Shown here piece after piece: positions 27,541 to 40,529 of a stretch of DNA of 64,000 nt. The position numbers and the translations under genes were made by a program. The first letter of the stretch is position 1. Every line of letters starts with the position of its first letter. The DNA comes from Octopus vulgaris (taxonomy: Eukaryota), in assembly GCA_951406725.2 (NCBI GenBank), contig OX597815.1, forward strand, positions 147,498,001 through 147,562,000. The letters run 5' to 3'. Under the pieces are notes generated by a model. That model was not told the origin of the DNA, ran no database searches, and saw only the letters and a program-made list of their open reading frames with translations.

Positions 27541-27839
27541 TCCTTTTCCGGGTGTTTCATCTTTCAGATGTTCTCCCTGGAGGTAAGACGGTTTTTTTTT
27601 CTGTAATTTGTTGCACACACGCATTTTTGCTAATACATACGCGGTGAAGCTACACATTAGCGTCGTATTTTTACGTTCGCTATTTCCAGTAAATATCGGT
27701 ACTTAGTTGTGCCATTTATTTACTAATTTGTGTATTTTTCCCTCACGGGCTACTTTTTACTGGAAGGCAATACTTTGTATTGCATTACTGATATATACAT
27801 ATGTATATATATATATGTGTTATATAAATATATGCATAT

Positions 27840-27930
<91 letters not shown>

Positions 27931-28184
27931 AAAGTAAGATAGTGGTTATGAGGGTAATCAGTTATAGTAAGATAGTGGTTATGAGGTATCAGTTATCCAA
28001 TATACTGTAAGGAGCATTTTATTTATATTATTCTTATGACATTATTATGTTGCATATTGATGTATATTGTTTTGTTCGATTTTCACGTTCCTATTTATAT
28101 AATTAATTAATAAATAATATGAAATGGTAATATATGTAAGTTGATGTTCGAAATGAATTTGTTCCTCCATTTTCTTATTTGTAT

Positions 28185-28252
<68 letters not shown>

Positions 28253-28257
<5 letters not shown>

Positions 28258-29803
28258 GTACCGAATATTTTTAGAAATTACACTACCACTGGCCTAGCAT
28301 GTATAAAAAGTCAATAGACAACATATTCTCAATATAAAATAATGTACATTTAAACACAGGAAGATCTACGTTTAACAGGTAATTTCACGCGCTAGAAGAA
28401 GCAGTCAAAACGACTGAAACCACATTTAAGAGCAGGAACTTTCACCTGGCAAATTATATTTATGTTAGAAAAATTTGAATCCTAGGTATAACCGTAAAAA
28501 ATAACAATGTAAAGGTTTTTATTTTTCATTCCCTTCGAAATTGCTTTTAAATGTAGTTTCGGTCGTTTTGACTGCATCTTCTCGCGTCCGAAATTATTCG
28601 GGTTTAATAACTATCTATAAATGAAATAATATATGAAAAGAATACATCATTATAAAATCTTAGTGCGTCTTCTTTTTGCTTCAGACTAAATAAATTCAGA
28701 TTTATGAATTAGATAATGGCTATTGACAGAAATACAATCATCACCTTCCATAAAGTAGGTGACAGTAATAGATCTATAGCAAAAAAGCTTAAAATTAACC
28801 GAACAAGAGACTGGAAAACTGCCAAGAAATTTCAGGGGACTGGTTCTACCGCTGACTGACCTGAGCGTAGCTGAAGAAGAAGTGTGCGGACCACTCAACT
28901 TATCAAAAGCACTAGAGAAAAGATACAGTGAAATCCTCATTGCTCCGTCAGAAAACTGGCTGCCACAGCATAGAATAGCTGAACATCGATGTATCGAGTG
29001 ATTGAGGAAGATCTCCAGAGTCAACCCTACATGATGATTTTTCGACATCAGCTCACACAAGTTAACATGGCCATGAGACTTGAGAGAAGTCGTCTTATCG
29101 TGCGTGAGATTGCTGAAGGCATGCTGGCCAGACAGGTGTTTAGTGATGAAAACTAATTAGACATCGAACAGACAGTATACATCCAGAATGACAGACTTTG
29201 GAGTTTTTCTGACTCCGTCGATGATAGATTCGTAATTCGACGTCAAAATCTACAATCGGGTAAGTATTGGGGTTGGGTGGGGCTCATTTTTCTATCCTCG
29301 GGTGTTAAAATTAACACTCAGCGATGTATTAGCGACAGTCTGGAAGTTGAAGTCCTTCCACGATCGAATAAGCATTTTCAAGGCGTACGTTGGAGCCTCT
29401 AACATAACTCGACACCATCCCACAGATTTTTAACAGACACAGCACTGAATACAGAAAAACATAATCTGTCTTTCATACGTAAAGATGCTCCGATCTCAAC
29501 CTGTTGAATTTTTGTGTTTGGCCCATTTTGAAAACTAGGGTCTTAAGCACACTTCATGCTTCGCTGGACACTCTGAAGGCAGTAGTGCGGCAGGGCAGGG
29601 GTTAGATTCCGCAAGAAGAGCTGCGCACCAAAACGTAATGCTGTTATTCTAATCACAGGTGGTAATATAAATATAAATGTGGCAGTGTCATAATTGTGTT
29701 TCCTTTACCATTGCATTTGAACGCTCGGACCCGAAATATAACAATATTTTGCTTAGGCAAACTTGAAAGGAATCGGGTACCTTAATTTTGGGATACCCTA
29801 TAT
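28253..29803 (+). mobile_element. maT/DD37D-like Tc1-mariner transposon, decayed
   Basis: MAIDRNTIITFHKVGDSNRSIAKKLKI (HTH, from ~28717), VFSDEN*LDIEQTVYIQNDRLW, an LQQDSAPSH-like motif and PDLNLLNFCVW. Imperfect TA-flanked ends (tagggg-tacc / gggataccct) lie in (TA)n. Confidence 0.8.
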
Positions 29804-29889
29804 ATATATACATCTAATATAAGGATAACAGTTTATTAAAATTTTTATTAGTGACCAGCATATAAAAATACCTTTTAAGGTGAAAATTA

Positions 29890-30230
29890 TAAAAGTAATT
29901 ATAAGGGCAAAAAGAAAAAAAATTCCTTTGCCAATATACTGAAAAATAGACGCTAAAACGTCGAACCACATAAAATATTTTCACTGTCGAAACGAGGAAA
30001 GCAAGGTAACAGAGATTCATAAAAATATGGTTATCCACAGAAATTCATAACACTATTTAGTTATTCTCGGGGATAACTATACTTTTATGAATTTCTGTTA
30101 GCTTACGTTCCTCGTTTCGGCATGTGCTGTTATAGGTGAAAATATTTTATGTGGTTAGACGTTTTAGCTTCTATTTTCCAGCATATTGCCAAAGAGTATC
30201 ATTTTTTCGTCTTACCCTTTATTTATAATT
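29890..30230. repeat. Imperfect foldback element between (TA)n tracts
   Basis: gctaaaacgtcgaaccacataaaatattttcac pairs with gtgaaaatattttatgtggttagacgttttagc, and cgaaacgaggaa pairs with ttcctcgtttcg. Confidence 0.75.
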
Positions 30231-31168
30231 GTGTGTGTGTATATATATATATGAAATCATAGAAAATCATGCCCTTATTGAAATAGATATAATTAGTAAG
30301 AAAATATTAATCCTAAGCGGTAACAAAACAAACAAACCTACGAAATAAAAATTTATTAAATTTTAAAATTAAATGAAAATTTTCTAAATTTAGTTATAAA
30401 TAGAGAAAAACAATTAGATTTAGATACTAAAAAATAAAATATATACAGTTATTGTTTATTCCTTCGGCGAGTATGGAGAGAGTAAAACAACATGCTGACA
30501 CTAAAAACCAATATTTATCACTTAGGGGCATGGTAGTATTTGACCTAAATTCACCGAGATGGCAGCTAACCACTGTCCTGTTAACGCGAAACTATAAATT
30601 TTGGCTATTTTTAGAACAGAACTCCAAAGACAAATAACCTTTCAATCACACACACATAGAGAAAGAAGGCTCTCATGACAGTTAAGCTTAAAGGCAAACA
30701 TACTAAGATACTCTCACACACACACACAAATACACACAAAAATCGCATGCTGCTATTTTAGTCTATAATGAACACTCAATCTATTACGATGTAAAGATAC
30801 TTATGTAGATTTTGTGGCCCTGAGGAGATTTCTGCATTCTGAACTCATAATGCAATTGTGAATTACAAAATAAATGAAGGTGAATATTAAAACAATCGTA
30901 GGCATTACGTAATCGTCAGTTATGTAAAGAAATTAAATTTCTTGAACTCAAAGTCTCCATTTTGTTTATATTGCACTAGCCAGTAACCCTTTTTCTATTT
31001 TCTCTTCCTGTATATTTCTGTATTCCTTTCCGTCGAAGAGCGTAGGCTCAAAACCTAAAAGACTTTCTCAATTCCTGAGCGTTAAACTAATACATTTGTT
31101 TGTTGTTTACACAACTGTCTTCGTCTTCTCTTTTTTGTAAATTCTCACTATGTATGTGTATGTATATA

Positions 31169-31233
<65 letters not shown>

Positions 31234-31244
31234 CATACACACAC

Positions 31245-31288
<44 letters not shown>

Positions 31289-31669
31289 CAGTACTGGGAG
31301 AATAAGAACGGAACGAAGCGAATCGAATCGACACGAGGGCGCTGTCAAACAATAGTGTAATAAATAAAATATTTGCATACATACAAACATATATGTACGT
31401 ACCTACATCTACATGTATATATATATGCATATATAAATATATATACGTGAGTACAGGACACCACAATTAGACGTAGAACTCAACGAGAAACGAAAACGGA
31501 TAAACCATTTTTTTACAACAGAAAAACAGATTACAGGACATACTACACAAGGAAAAATCCCCTTCATCAGCTGTCACTTGTTCGACCCTGGCGTGTTTCG
31601 AAGGCAAGACAGAACACCACCCGTCAAATTAGTCCTTCCTGCGAGAGAATTAAAATAAAATTACCTCGC

Positions 31670-32200
31670 AGTCAATTAAAAGTTGGTATATTATATCCCA
31701 TATTATTATTATATTAAAAACATACAGTTAGAAAACAATAGGAAAACCTTCAAATTTCTATTTGAAATATTTTAAAGTTCTGATTTTTGAATGAATGCAA
31801 GACAAACCTAAATCTAGACGATTATTTAGTAGATTTTTATTTTTCCTATACTTTACAATCTCGTAGGTCTCCATAGAACAGAGTTGACAGCCTACTCTAT
31901 TATTTCTGTAAGGTATTGCCCTTCTAACTATTTCCCATTTTAGGTTATATTTAATATTTTTAGTTTTGAGTTCCCAAATTTTGCTAGATAGTGTAGTGCA
32001 ACCTGCCTTATGATCTAATAGAAAAAATTAAAATCTACTAAATAATCGTCTAGAGTTAGGTCCGTCTTTCATTCATTCAAAAATCAGAACTTTAAAATAT
32101 TTCAAATAGAAATTTGAAGGTTTTCCTATTGTTTTCTAATTGTATCTTTCTAATATAATAATAAATAGAAAATATAGTATACCAACTTTTAATTGACTTT
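31670..32200 (-). mobile_element. Penelope-like element remnant: GIY-YIG endonuclease C-terminus between ~180-bp inverted repeats
   Basis: The - strand at ~31850-32010 encodes TTLSSKIWELKTKNIKYNLKWEIVRRAIPYRNNRVGCQLCSMETYEI (PLE-type T.LS..IW.LK...W.I...CxLC). Inverted arms are 31670-31849 and 32019-32198. Confidence 0.8.
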
Positions 32201-32786
32201 ATAGTCAACTAAATTACTTAAATCATAGAATTGCTCATTTTCCCAATTCCATTCTAAATTTAACATGTAATACTATTCCCCCAGTTATAATCTGACTTTC
32301 ACTATAAATTTGACCATTTGCTATTGAATTTAATTGACCTCTAGATAGTGACCTAGATTCTTTCTCTCCATACAAAAATAAAAGTTAAAATAAAAATAAA
32401 AATAAAAATATATAGCCTTCTATTCTAGTGTTAATCTTGATTTTCTTACTGTATCTTTCTCTGTCGATAACCTAAAACCCTCTTATTTCTTTCCTTATAT
32501 CTCCCTTTCTCCTAACTCCTACTATAAATTCTGATGGCTTTCATTTGAAAGTAAGGTTTGGTCAACCTTACGGTCTCTTAAGAATTTAATGTTCCTCCCA
32601 CACTAACCTAATTTTTCTGTCACCATATTAATAGACTGACCCTTCTTTCTAGTGTCAATCTGTCTTTGTCCTTTTACATCCCCCAATTTTTTTCCCCTTC
32701 TGTTCTTTTCTCCAGCTAATCTGCTTCCTCAACCTACTATACTACCATTCCTATCACTAAAGAATTTTTTTCTTGCAACAGTTAGA

Positions 32787-33282
32787 TGTGAACTTAATCT
32801 TGGTCTGACTGGCATCTTTCTTCATGTTTCCTGAAATTCATATCCACAACTTTCTCGGTATTTTTACCTTCTCTGGGATGTTACTAATTGATTTGAGAAC
32901 ATTACATTGTTGGAAAACATATATGAACTTAATCTTGGTTTGCCTGACATCCTATTTCAAGTTCCTGGAACTCATATCTACAACTTTATGGGTATATTTG
33001 CACTCTCTAAGATGTTACTAATTGATTTAAGAACTTTACATTATTGGAAAACCTATATGAAATTAGCTGAAGATTACTTGACATATTATATTTGCTGTAA
33101 TATTTGCAGCCTTAATAAATTGTTATAGTATAAAACAATTGTACTAAATTTCCGGATCCATTCTTGTTGTTTATTTTTTTGTTATAATCACCCCACATAA
33201 CTTTATGGGTAATACCATAAAAAATTCTGGTGCATCTAAATTAAGTACCATATACATTTGAATCTAAATTGTTTTGCTGAAC

Positions 33283-33285
<3 letters not shown>
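32787..33285 (+). mobile_element. Diverged family H1 copy with 2 x ~134-bp upstream repeats and a degenerate hammerhead
   Basis: 33060-33280 is homologous to the reverse complement of 1004-1243: ttag CTGAAGA(33067-33073)...AAAAC aatt GTA ctaaa (G12>A). It ends in (TA)n. Confidence 0.75.
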
Positions 33286-33314
<29 letters not shown>

Positions 33315-34193
33315 TACATATGAGCATATTTTAGTAGGAGTTTGTATCTGTATACATATTTTGTAACTTTATCCATTTGTAATCATTTAATTATTAATTA
33401 TAGAGATATATACATTAAAATTATTTAATTGATCAGTTGGCTGATTGACTAATTGATTATTTAGCCAATCAGTTGATTGATTAATAATTTAGTTCACTGA
33501 TTAGGTGTACTGAGTGGTTAATCAAGGGACTGATTGATGGCTTTATAAATTTCCAATTCCGACCACTTTTAAACCCATTTATTACCTCCCCTTACCCATA
33601 CCGAGTCCTAAATGACCCAGGCAAAAGTTGTTTCCTTGTTTTCTTTTTCATGTTATTCTTATTTTTTTATACTTTTATTTTCTTGACATTATGGACTTTA
33701 GAATATTTACCCCTTAACCTTCTAAATCCCTAATTGTCCATATAGGTAATTCTCTAAAATTTAATGTTATCTTATTAGTCTTATATTATTTCATTTCATC
33801 GTATTTTATTTTAGTTTATTCTGTATTGTCGTAAGCGACTTCGGGCCCCTTACTGCATATATCATTTTAAAATTGATTTACACCGTATTTAATACCTGGT
33901 CTTTTGTTTTTAAATTCTAACTGACCAAATCATATCGGGCATTTGACCCTCGTCTATCTCAATTTGAACAAGCGGTGGATTGACTAACATAACTATTAGT
34001 AAGTAAAAATTACATTAATCAATACGCACTTTATTATGATAAATACTATTACTTAGAACTACAAACATAATTATTACTAATAATGATATTTAATATTTTA
34101 ACACTTTATTGTATGGTTACTCATTTCTTGGCCTATCCTTTTTACGAAACAGCTATTACTGTTCTTCTTCTTCTTCTTCTTCTTCTTCTTCTT

Positions 34194-34271
<78 letters not shown>

Positions 34272-34272
34272 C

Positions 34273-34315
<43 letters not shown>

Positions 34316-34499
34316 GCTATTATTATTATAATTTATTCACCCTATGCCACCGTACATGGGTTCATCCAGCTGAATACTCCTTTATAGGTTTAGTCATTTA
34401 TTTAACGTCCTAGGGAGAAACACACACAACATTACTTGATTCTCATGATATTCAACCTTTCCTTCTTCTTTCTTTGTCTCTTCGTTTTATTTATTTATT

Positions 34500-34620
34500 T
34501 CCACTCTGATGAAGCACCATTACACCAATCGGTTTTTATTACCAACAATGATATATATGTTTAGCATAATAATTGTGATATCAAAGAACATTGGCGGCAG
34601 AAACAGCTGTTAGATTGGAT
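34500..34620 (+). ncRNA. Type I hammerhead-like motif with long stem II
   Basis: ccact CTGATGA(34506-34512) agcacca...tggcggca GAAAC(34600-34604) agct GTT agattgg. Loop III is the palindrome AGCT, and stems I and II are imperfect. Confidence 0.65.
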
Positions 34621-36097
34621 GCAGTCTTTTTGTAAATAATCAATAAATAATAATTGATCCAAATCAATTGCTGTTCATAAATATTACCTCCATTTTCTGT
34701 CGTATATATATATATATATATATATATACATGTGTGTGTGTGTGTGTATGTATGTATATATATATCTACATACATATATGTTTATATATATGTGTGAATA
34801 TATATGCGAGTGTGGATATGTTTCTACATATATATACGTATACGTGTAAATCATCTTTATTTTTCTTCTTCTTCTTCTTCTTCTTCTTCTTCTTCTTCTT
34901 CTTCTTCGTCTTCTTCTTCTTCTTCTCCGTCTTCTTCTGATTGTTATTAATATCACTATAAAATTGATTATTATGGTGATGAGGGTGTTGATGATTATAA
35001 TAATGGGTACTCTGTGAAATGTGATAGTTTTAATTATTATTGATATGTTAGTATTCATTAATACTTCCGATATTTATATCCACGACAAATGTATGTTTTT
35101 ACCCACTATTATTTCGTAAAATATAATATAATATCTACGCCCTTATCTGCATTATATGTGTTCTCTCGACGTTAATTACATCATAAAACATAAATGTATA
35201 GTTGAACTACGCTTTCATTATATGAATAAGCAGCTGTTTGCTTGAAGATGTGCCATTTCATGTGTGGAGTTGACACACAGACAATTGTGTCCGTGTGTTT
35301 TATATCTGTTCTTTACTATAAAGTATTTTTATCTGTAAATGTTATTACTACTTGATAGCAGAATAATATATTTTGCAATGTTAAAGTAACAGTATGTGAG
35401 TTATTGTGGTGTTTGCTCGTTACTAATTTGGTCTCATTTTATTTGAAATAATATTAGTCTTTCTATTGAAAGAACAATTACTACCCGGTAATGTTCTTTT
35501 TTTTCTGTATTGCCCCAATGCACCTAATATATTGCGAATGCAAGCAGGAGAAGAAGTGTGTTGAAGGTTCTCTTGAATAACATTAGTCAACGGGGTTCGT
35601 AGTTTGGGGATCAGAGATCATCTCCATCTCTATAACTCTCCAATTTGAAGGTTCATAGTTACAGTACCATAGATTTATGAGTAGAATGCTGCAGAAAAGT
35701 ATCGCAAAATAGATTCTTCAAGCCAAGCCAAACGAAAGTAGAGTCGGATTAAACCACGTGAGAGATGGTTGGATAACAACCTTAGTATCGGTTGGTTATG
35801 CCTTAGGTTCCGGCAGGAGAATGTAATTGGCGATTACTTCTGAGAGGACCCGATGGAGAAAGAAGCTGAGGACTCCACCTCCCCTACCTCTCAGGAATAG
35901 GGGACGGCAAAAATAGATAACTGGAAGTTGCACGTCATTTGTGTTATCCTCTGTTTTCCTGTGAATGTAATTAAAAATATGAAATCATTTGTGATGTTTT
36001 ACAAATTGCTGATCTTCAAATTAGTAGTTTATTGAAAAATCATTTGAAAATACAAAAACAAAATTTTCAAATCAGTTTTCAATAAACAAATCCTTTA

Positions 36098-36320
36098 AGG
36101 CTGAGAGCTGGCAGAATCGTTAGTACGGCAGGCGAAATGCTTAGAAGCATTTCGTCTACCGCTACGTTCTAAGTTCAAATTCCGCCGAGTTCGACTTTGA
36201 CTTTCATCCTTTTAGGGTCGTAAATTATAAGTACTAGTTGTTTGTGCTGGGGAAGATCTAATGGACTGGTCCCCTCCGCCAAAATTTCGGGCCTTGTATC
36301 TGGAGAAGAAAAGAATAAAC
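36098..36320 (+). mobile_element. SINE family B variant
   Basis: gagctggcagaatcgttag...aagttcaaattccgccgag...tttcatccttttagggtcg. Confidence 0.8.
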
Positions 36321-37556
36321 ACATCCTCTTATAATTTACGCTTGCACTTTCATTACTGTAAACATCCCATTTCTGATAATAAGGTTACTCTTGTATTAAC
36401 ATTTTCCCCGTAAACATAAGTTTTCCCCACATGGCCTAGTTATTAATGTTCTGTGTATTGGTAATCAGCAACACATTCTGGTCATATAGATATGACGAAA
36501 TCTGTGATGCATTATCATATTTAGGTGAGTAATGAATATAATTGTATAACAGGTAGAATAGAAATAACTATCAATTGTTTGCATAGAGCTATTGTATCGC
36601 ATAGAAATATCAGTAGCTCCCTTCTTTGTTATCTTGCATTTTTGACCACTTTTCCTTGTTTAATTCTCCGAGTCTGTAGAAAAATTTGCCATACTTATCA
36701 TACATATTTACTCCCTTCAAAGAACTGAATTTTTCACAACAAGGAAATAATAAGAATGTAGTTTACTGAAAGTAAGGATATTGACTCTTTCAAAGCGAAC
36801 ATTGCGTTCTGGACGAGAAATAGCGTGAAGGAATATTTGGCTCGGTTCCCGGCATGTTGTTCCAACAGATGCACCATTGACGACAAAGCTTGCTGGAACA
36901 ATAAGCAGCAATGTAGAAATGAGCTTCAATGCTTTTCCTACAGTCTTCTTACAGGTCGAAATTAATTGCCCGCTGAGTGAGCGAAACCTTTCGTTTCATA
37001 ATTAGTAATATACCGGAGAAAACTTCATTCAATTTCAAAACAGATTATTGAGAAATTTACTTCAGAATCTATTGGTAACACGTATCGATAACCTCTTCGC
37101 CTCAATGACAATGATGAATTTCAATATCCGTCTTACACCGTGTAAAGTCAAGACTCCAAAACCGACTGTATCCACAGTATGTCATGCGCATCGCTATGAT
37201 CACAAATATGTCAAATGTCTCAAAATTAATTGAGTAAAAGCTTGCAAGAGACAACGAGTTGAATAAGGTCATGTGTATGAAATTTCTGCAAAATTAGATA
37301 CATTTCGCATTAGATGAATTTAAATGTATCAAACCGGCATGTAACATTTTATATCTTACTTGCAACCATTTACTAATTCAAAGTATTATTCCTGGTTAGT
37401 CGAGAAACACTAGCAGGTTTTATAGAATATATGTTAAAATTCCTACCGTTAGGACAGTTCAATATTATAAATAACACATTTTAAGTCGTAATATGTCTTT
37501 GTATACTGTAATATTGTTCGGCAAGTTGCTACGTCACTCTTTTCAGCAAGTTAATA

Positions 37557-37637
<81 letters not shown>

Positions 37638-37925
37638 TGGCACAAATGAATAATAACAGACAATGGCTAAATGTCAGTTCATGAATGACATTTGTCCATC
37701 GCCTGTAATCATTCATTTGCTCATAATACACTATAAGGCGCCACGATCAACACAACGCGTATTTCGACCAGCCCCTAGGCGCTAAATACTCGTAGGGGTG
37801 GATTTTTTTGTGTGTGCATAACCTGAATATTTTTCCTGGATATTTTTCGACCATAGGTGAAAACCACAAATTAAATCAACCCTACCTGGTGCACATCTTA
37901 TGTGCATCCGTTTCTCTCGAGTATC

Positions 37926-37966
<41 letters not shown>

Positions 37967-38009
37967 GCGCTGATCAGCATGGCCGCAGTCAAATGACTGA
38001 AACAAGTGA

Positions 38010-38048
<39 letters not shown>

Positions 38049-38049
38049 T

Positions 38050-38697
38050 ATGAAGAATGTCCGTAGCCACTTCAACATAGCAGTTTCTTTCGAACGGATT
38101 TAACTGCGATTTCCTAACCCTAACAGGATATCTATAGCTGGTTAACGATGCACAGCTGCATCCGATAAAATTGCAAGCGACGAGACCCGTAGACCAGCCT
38201 GGTTGCTGCTTATTTCTACCTCTCTTCAGTACTGGACACCTCTTCTGCTAAAGATAATAGTAGCACACTACTGCTCATAATATATATATAATTCAAGCGA
38301 AACACAGTCGCTGATCTTGCAACAAGCAAAAAAAAACAACAGTTCTAAGGTCTGTCTTAGATACCAACGCAATAGTTTTAACAGCAAGTAATATTCGTAG
38401 ACACTTCAGCATGGGTGTTCTGATCGAATGGACTTGACTGCGATTTTTTTTACACCAAGAAGGCTACTCCTCTAGCAGGTTAATGATGCAAAGCTGCATC
38501 CGAAAGATTGCAAGCAGGGGAACGAATCCGTACCAAATTGTAACGACGGGACTAGCAGAAGAACATGGTTTCAGGCTATTTCTGCCTCTCTTCAGAACTG
38601 GACACTTCGTCTGCTAGAGATGACTATGAACATTAGTTATTAGTACAACTACTGCGTTGATATCTAAGAAAGATTTTAGAACTAGCTCTTTTGCTTG

Positions 38698-38700
<3 letters not shown>
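38050..38700 (-). mobile_element. Two diverged ~230-bp units, each with a degenerate hammerhead (family H3)
   Basis: On the - strand, 38186-38236 reads ccagta CTGAAGA gaggt...GCAAC caggctg GTC tacggg. 38556-38602 reads ccagtt CTGAAGA gaggc agaaata gcct GAAAC catg TTC. The element is flanked by (TA)n. Confidence 0.6.
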
Positions 38701-38755
<55 letters not shown>

Positions 38756-39259
38756 ATATGTATAGACGAGAAGAAAATGGAGGAAATATAACAAACATAA
38801 GTTTTTGGGCGATAGTATTCTATTATTTAATTAGTAAATACAGGTGACACCTTAACGTACTAATTACATAATGGCTCACTAGCGGAAAAGGCACACTTCT
38901 GTTTGTTATTTGTCTTCCATTTTCTTTACGTCCATATACATTAAACTACGGTTACCCGCTAAATTACCTGCTGCCGTATACATTTTACCAAGGAATATAC
39001 CTATTGAGGTAATTACTGGAAGTGCTTCGCGATATATCTATTCCTTAGAGGCTTTAATCACCTCTAACTTATACCTGTACATAAATATATTTATATATGC
39101 GCATGCATGAATATATGTATACGATGAAAGCAATACTGAATTAACATTCCGTATATCATGTCGAACGCAGATATACAGTTGAAATCTTTAAAACTTACGC
39201 ATTCGTTGCAAGAAAGTATCACGTAGAGACAAACAGTGTTAAAAATACAAAAATGTGTC

Positions 39260-39602
39260 AGTGATAGACAGAAGAAACGCGTTTTGCAGCAGCAGTGGAA
39301 CGAATAATTTGGATTGTAACTCGAAATTTTATGATCAAATTTCTGTCACGAGGAGAATTGAGGTAAAACGGATTAACAGAGGTAATTGGTTCGTGGGTAG
39401 ACAATTTGTACACTTCACATTTAGTAGTGAGAATAAAAAATTATTTTGTTAAGATTGTTTGAAGAGAAATAATTCGTGATAGATGCCAGATCCTTGGGGG
39501 CAGTTGCTGCACTGCGCTTGTACAAAAATATTACCGAAAATATTGCATAAGAGAATGCTTTTCTATGGGTTGCTGTACAGAGGCAGATGATATCATGTAA
39601 GT
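39260..39602. repeat. Local duplication, copy 1 (copy 2 at ~42936-43234)
   Basis: gatagacagaagaaacgcgttttgcagcagc...cagaggcagatgatatcatgtaag is shared, with a ~50-bp indel between the copies. Confidence 0.85.
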
Positions 39603-39959
39603 TAATTCACATACATTACTTACAAAATTATGAAATAATATTTCCATTGTACATTGTTTTGTCATAATGGTAAAATATATATAATTTGAAGCAATGTTGC
39701 AGGCACATTAATTGAATTCCAGGCGGACGAAACCAGTCAGCAAATAGATTCTCTCAGAGACAAACAGTTCATTGACTTGCTAAGTAAATTTCTGTTAGAC
39801 ATAAAGAAAACAGAACACAGCACAAGTGTCACTTCGAATATAAAACAAATGTAAATTCTAAAACAGACATATGTGCAGAATTCTATGTAACTCTTCATCT
39901 ACCTACATTTATGTATTTATATATTTACTTATACCCATGTAAACTCTGTATGTGTGATG

Positions 39960-39993
<34 letters not shown>

Positions 39994-40091
39994 TGTATGT
40001 ATGTATGTATGTATGTATGTATGTATGTATGCATGTATGTATGTATGTATGGATGTATGCATGCATGTATGTATGTATGTATGTATGTATG

Positions 40092-40123
<32 letters not shown>

Positions 40124-40310
40124 GTTAATCCAAACATGAAAGCACAAAAAACCACAACAACGCGAGGACGTGGAACAAATATAGTATTATTGGACGCTCA
40201 GAAAGAAGGAGCTCTTCGTCGGAAACATAGGAGAAGGAAAGATCCAGAGAAGGGAAGACAGAGGAAAGAAAATATGTATGTATATCTATCTATCTATGTA
40301 TCTATCTATG

Positions 40311-40462
<152 letters not shown>

Positions 40463-40491
40463 ATCTATCTATCTATCTATATATCTATCTA

Positions 40492-40523
<32 letters not shown>

Positions 40524-40529
40524 ACACAC

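Larger units (their letters stand above)
26430..27792. mobile_element. Tandem + inverted Penelope-type/retrozyme-like element (family H2, 433-bp unit)
   Basis: Units start at 26430 and 26863, and an inverted copy spans ~27370-27792. It is flanked by TA-rich microsatellite and has three hammerhead motifs. Confidence 0.85.

Noticed and set aside
31555-31620. GAAAC...CTGATGA on the - strand (related motif at ~26195-26240 +) as a type II hammerhead
   Set aside because: I could not pair stems I and III in these copies; a family consensus would be needed to reconsider.
36717-36929. Signal-peptide-like ORF MKLISTLLLIV...
   Set aside because: It starts at TTG rather than ATG, and there is no supporting gene structure.
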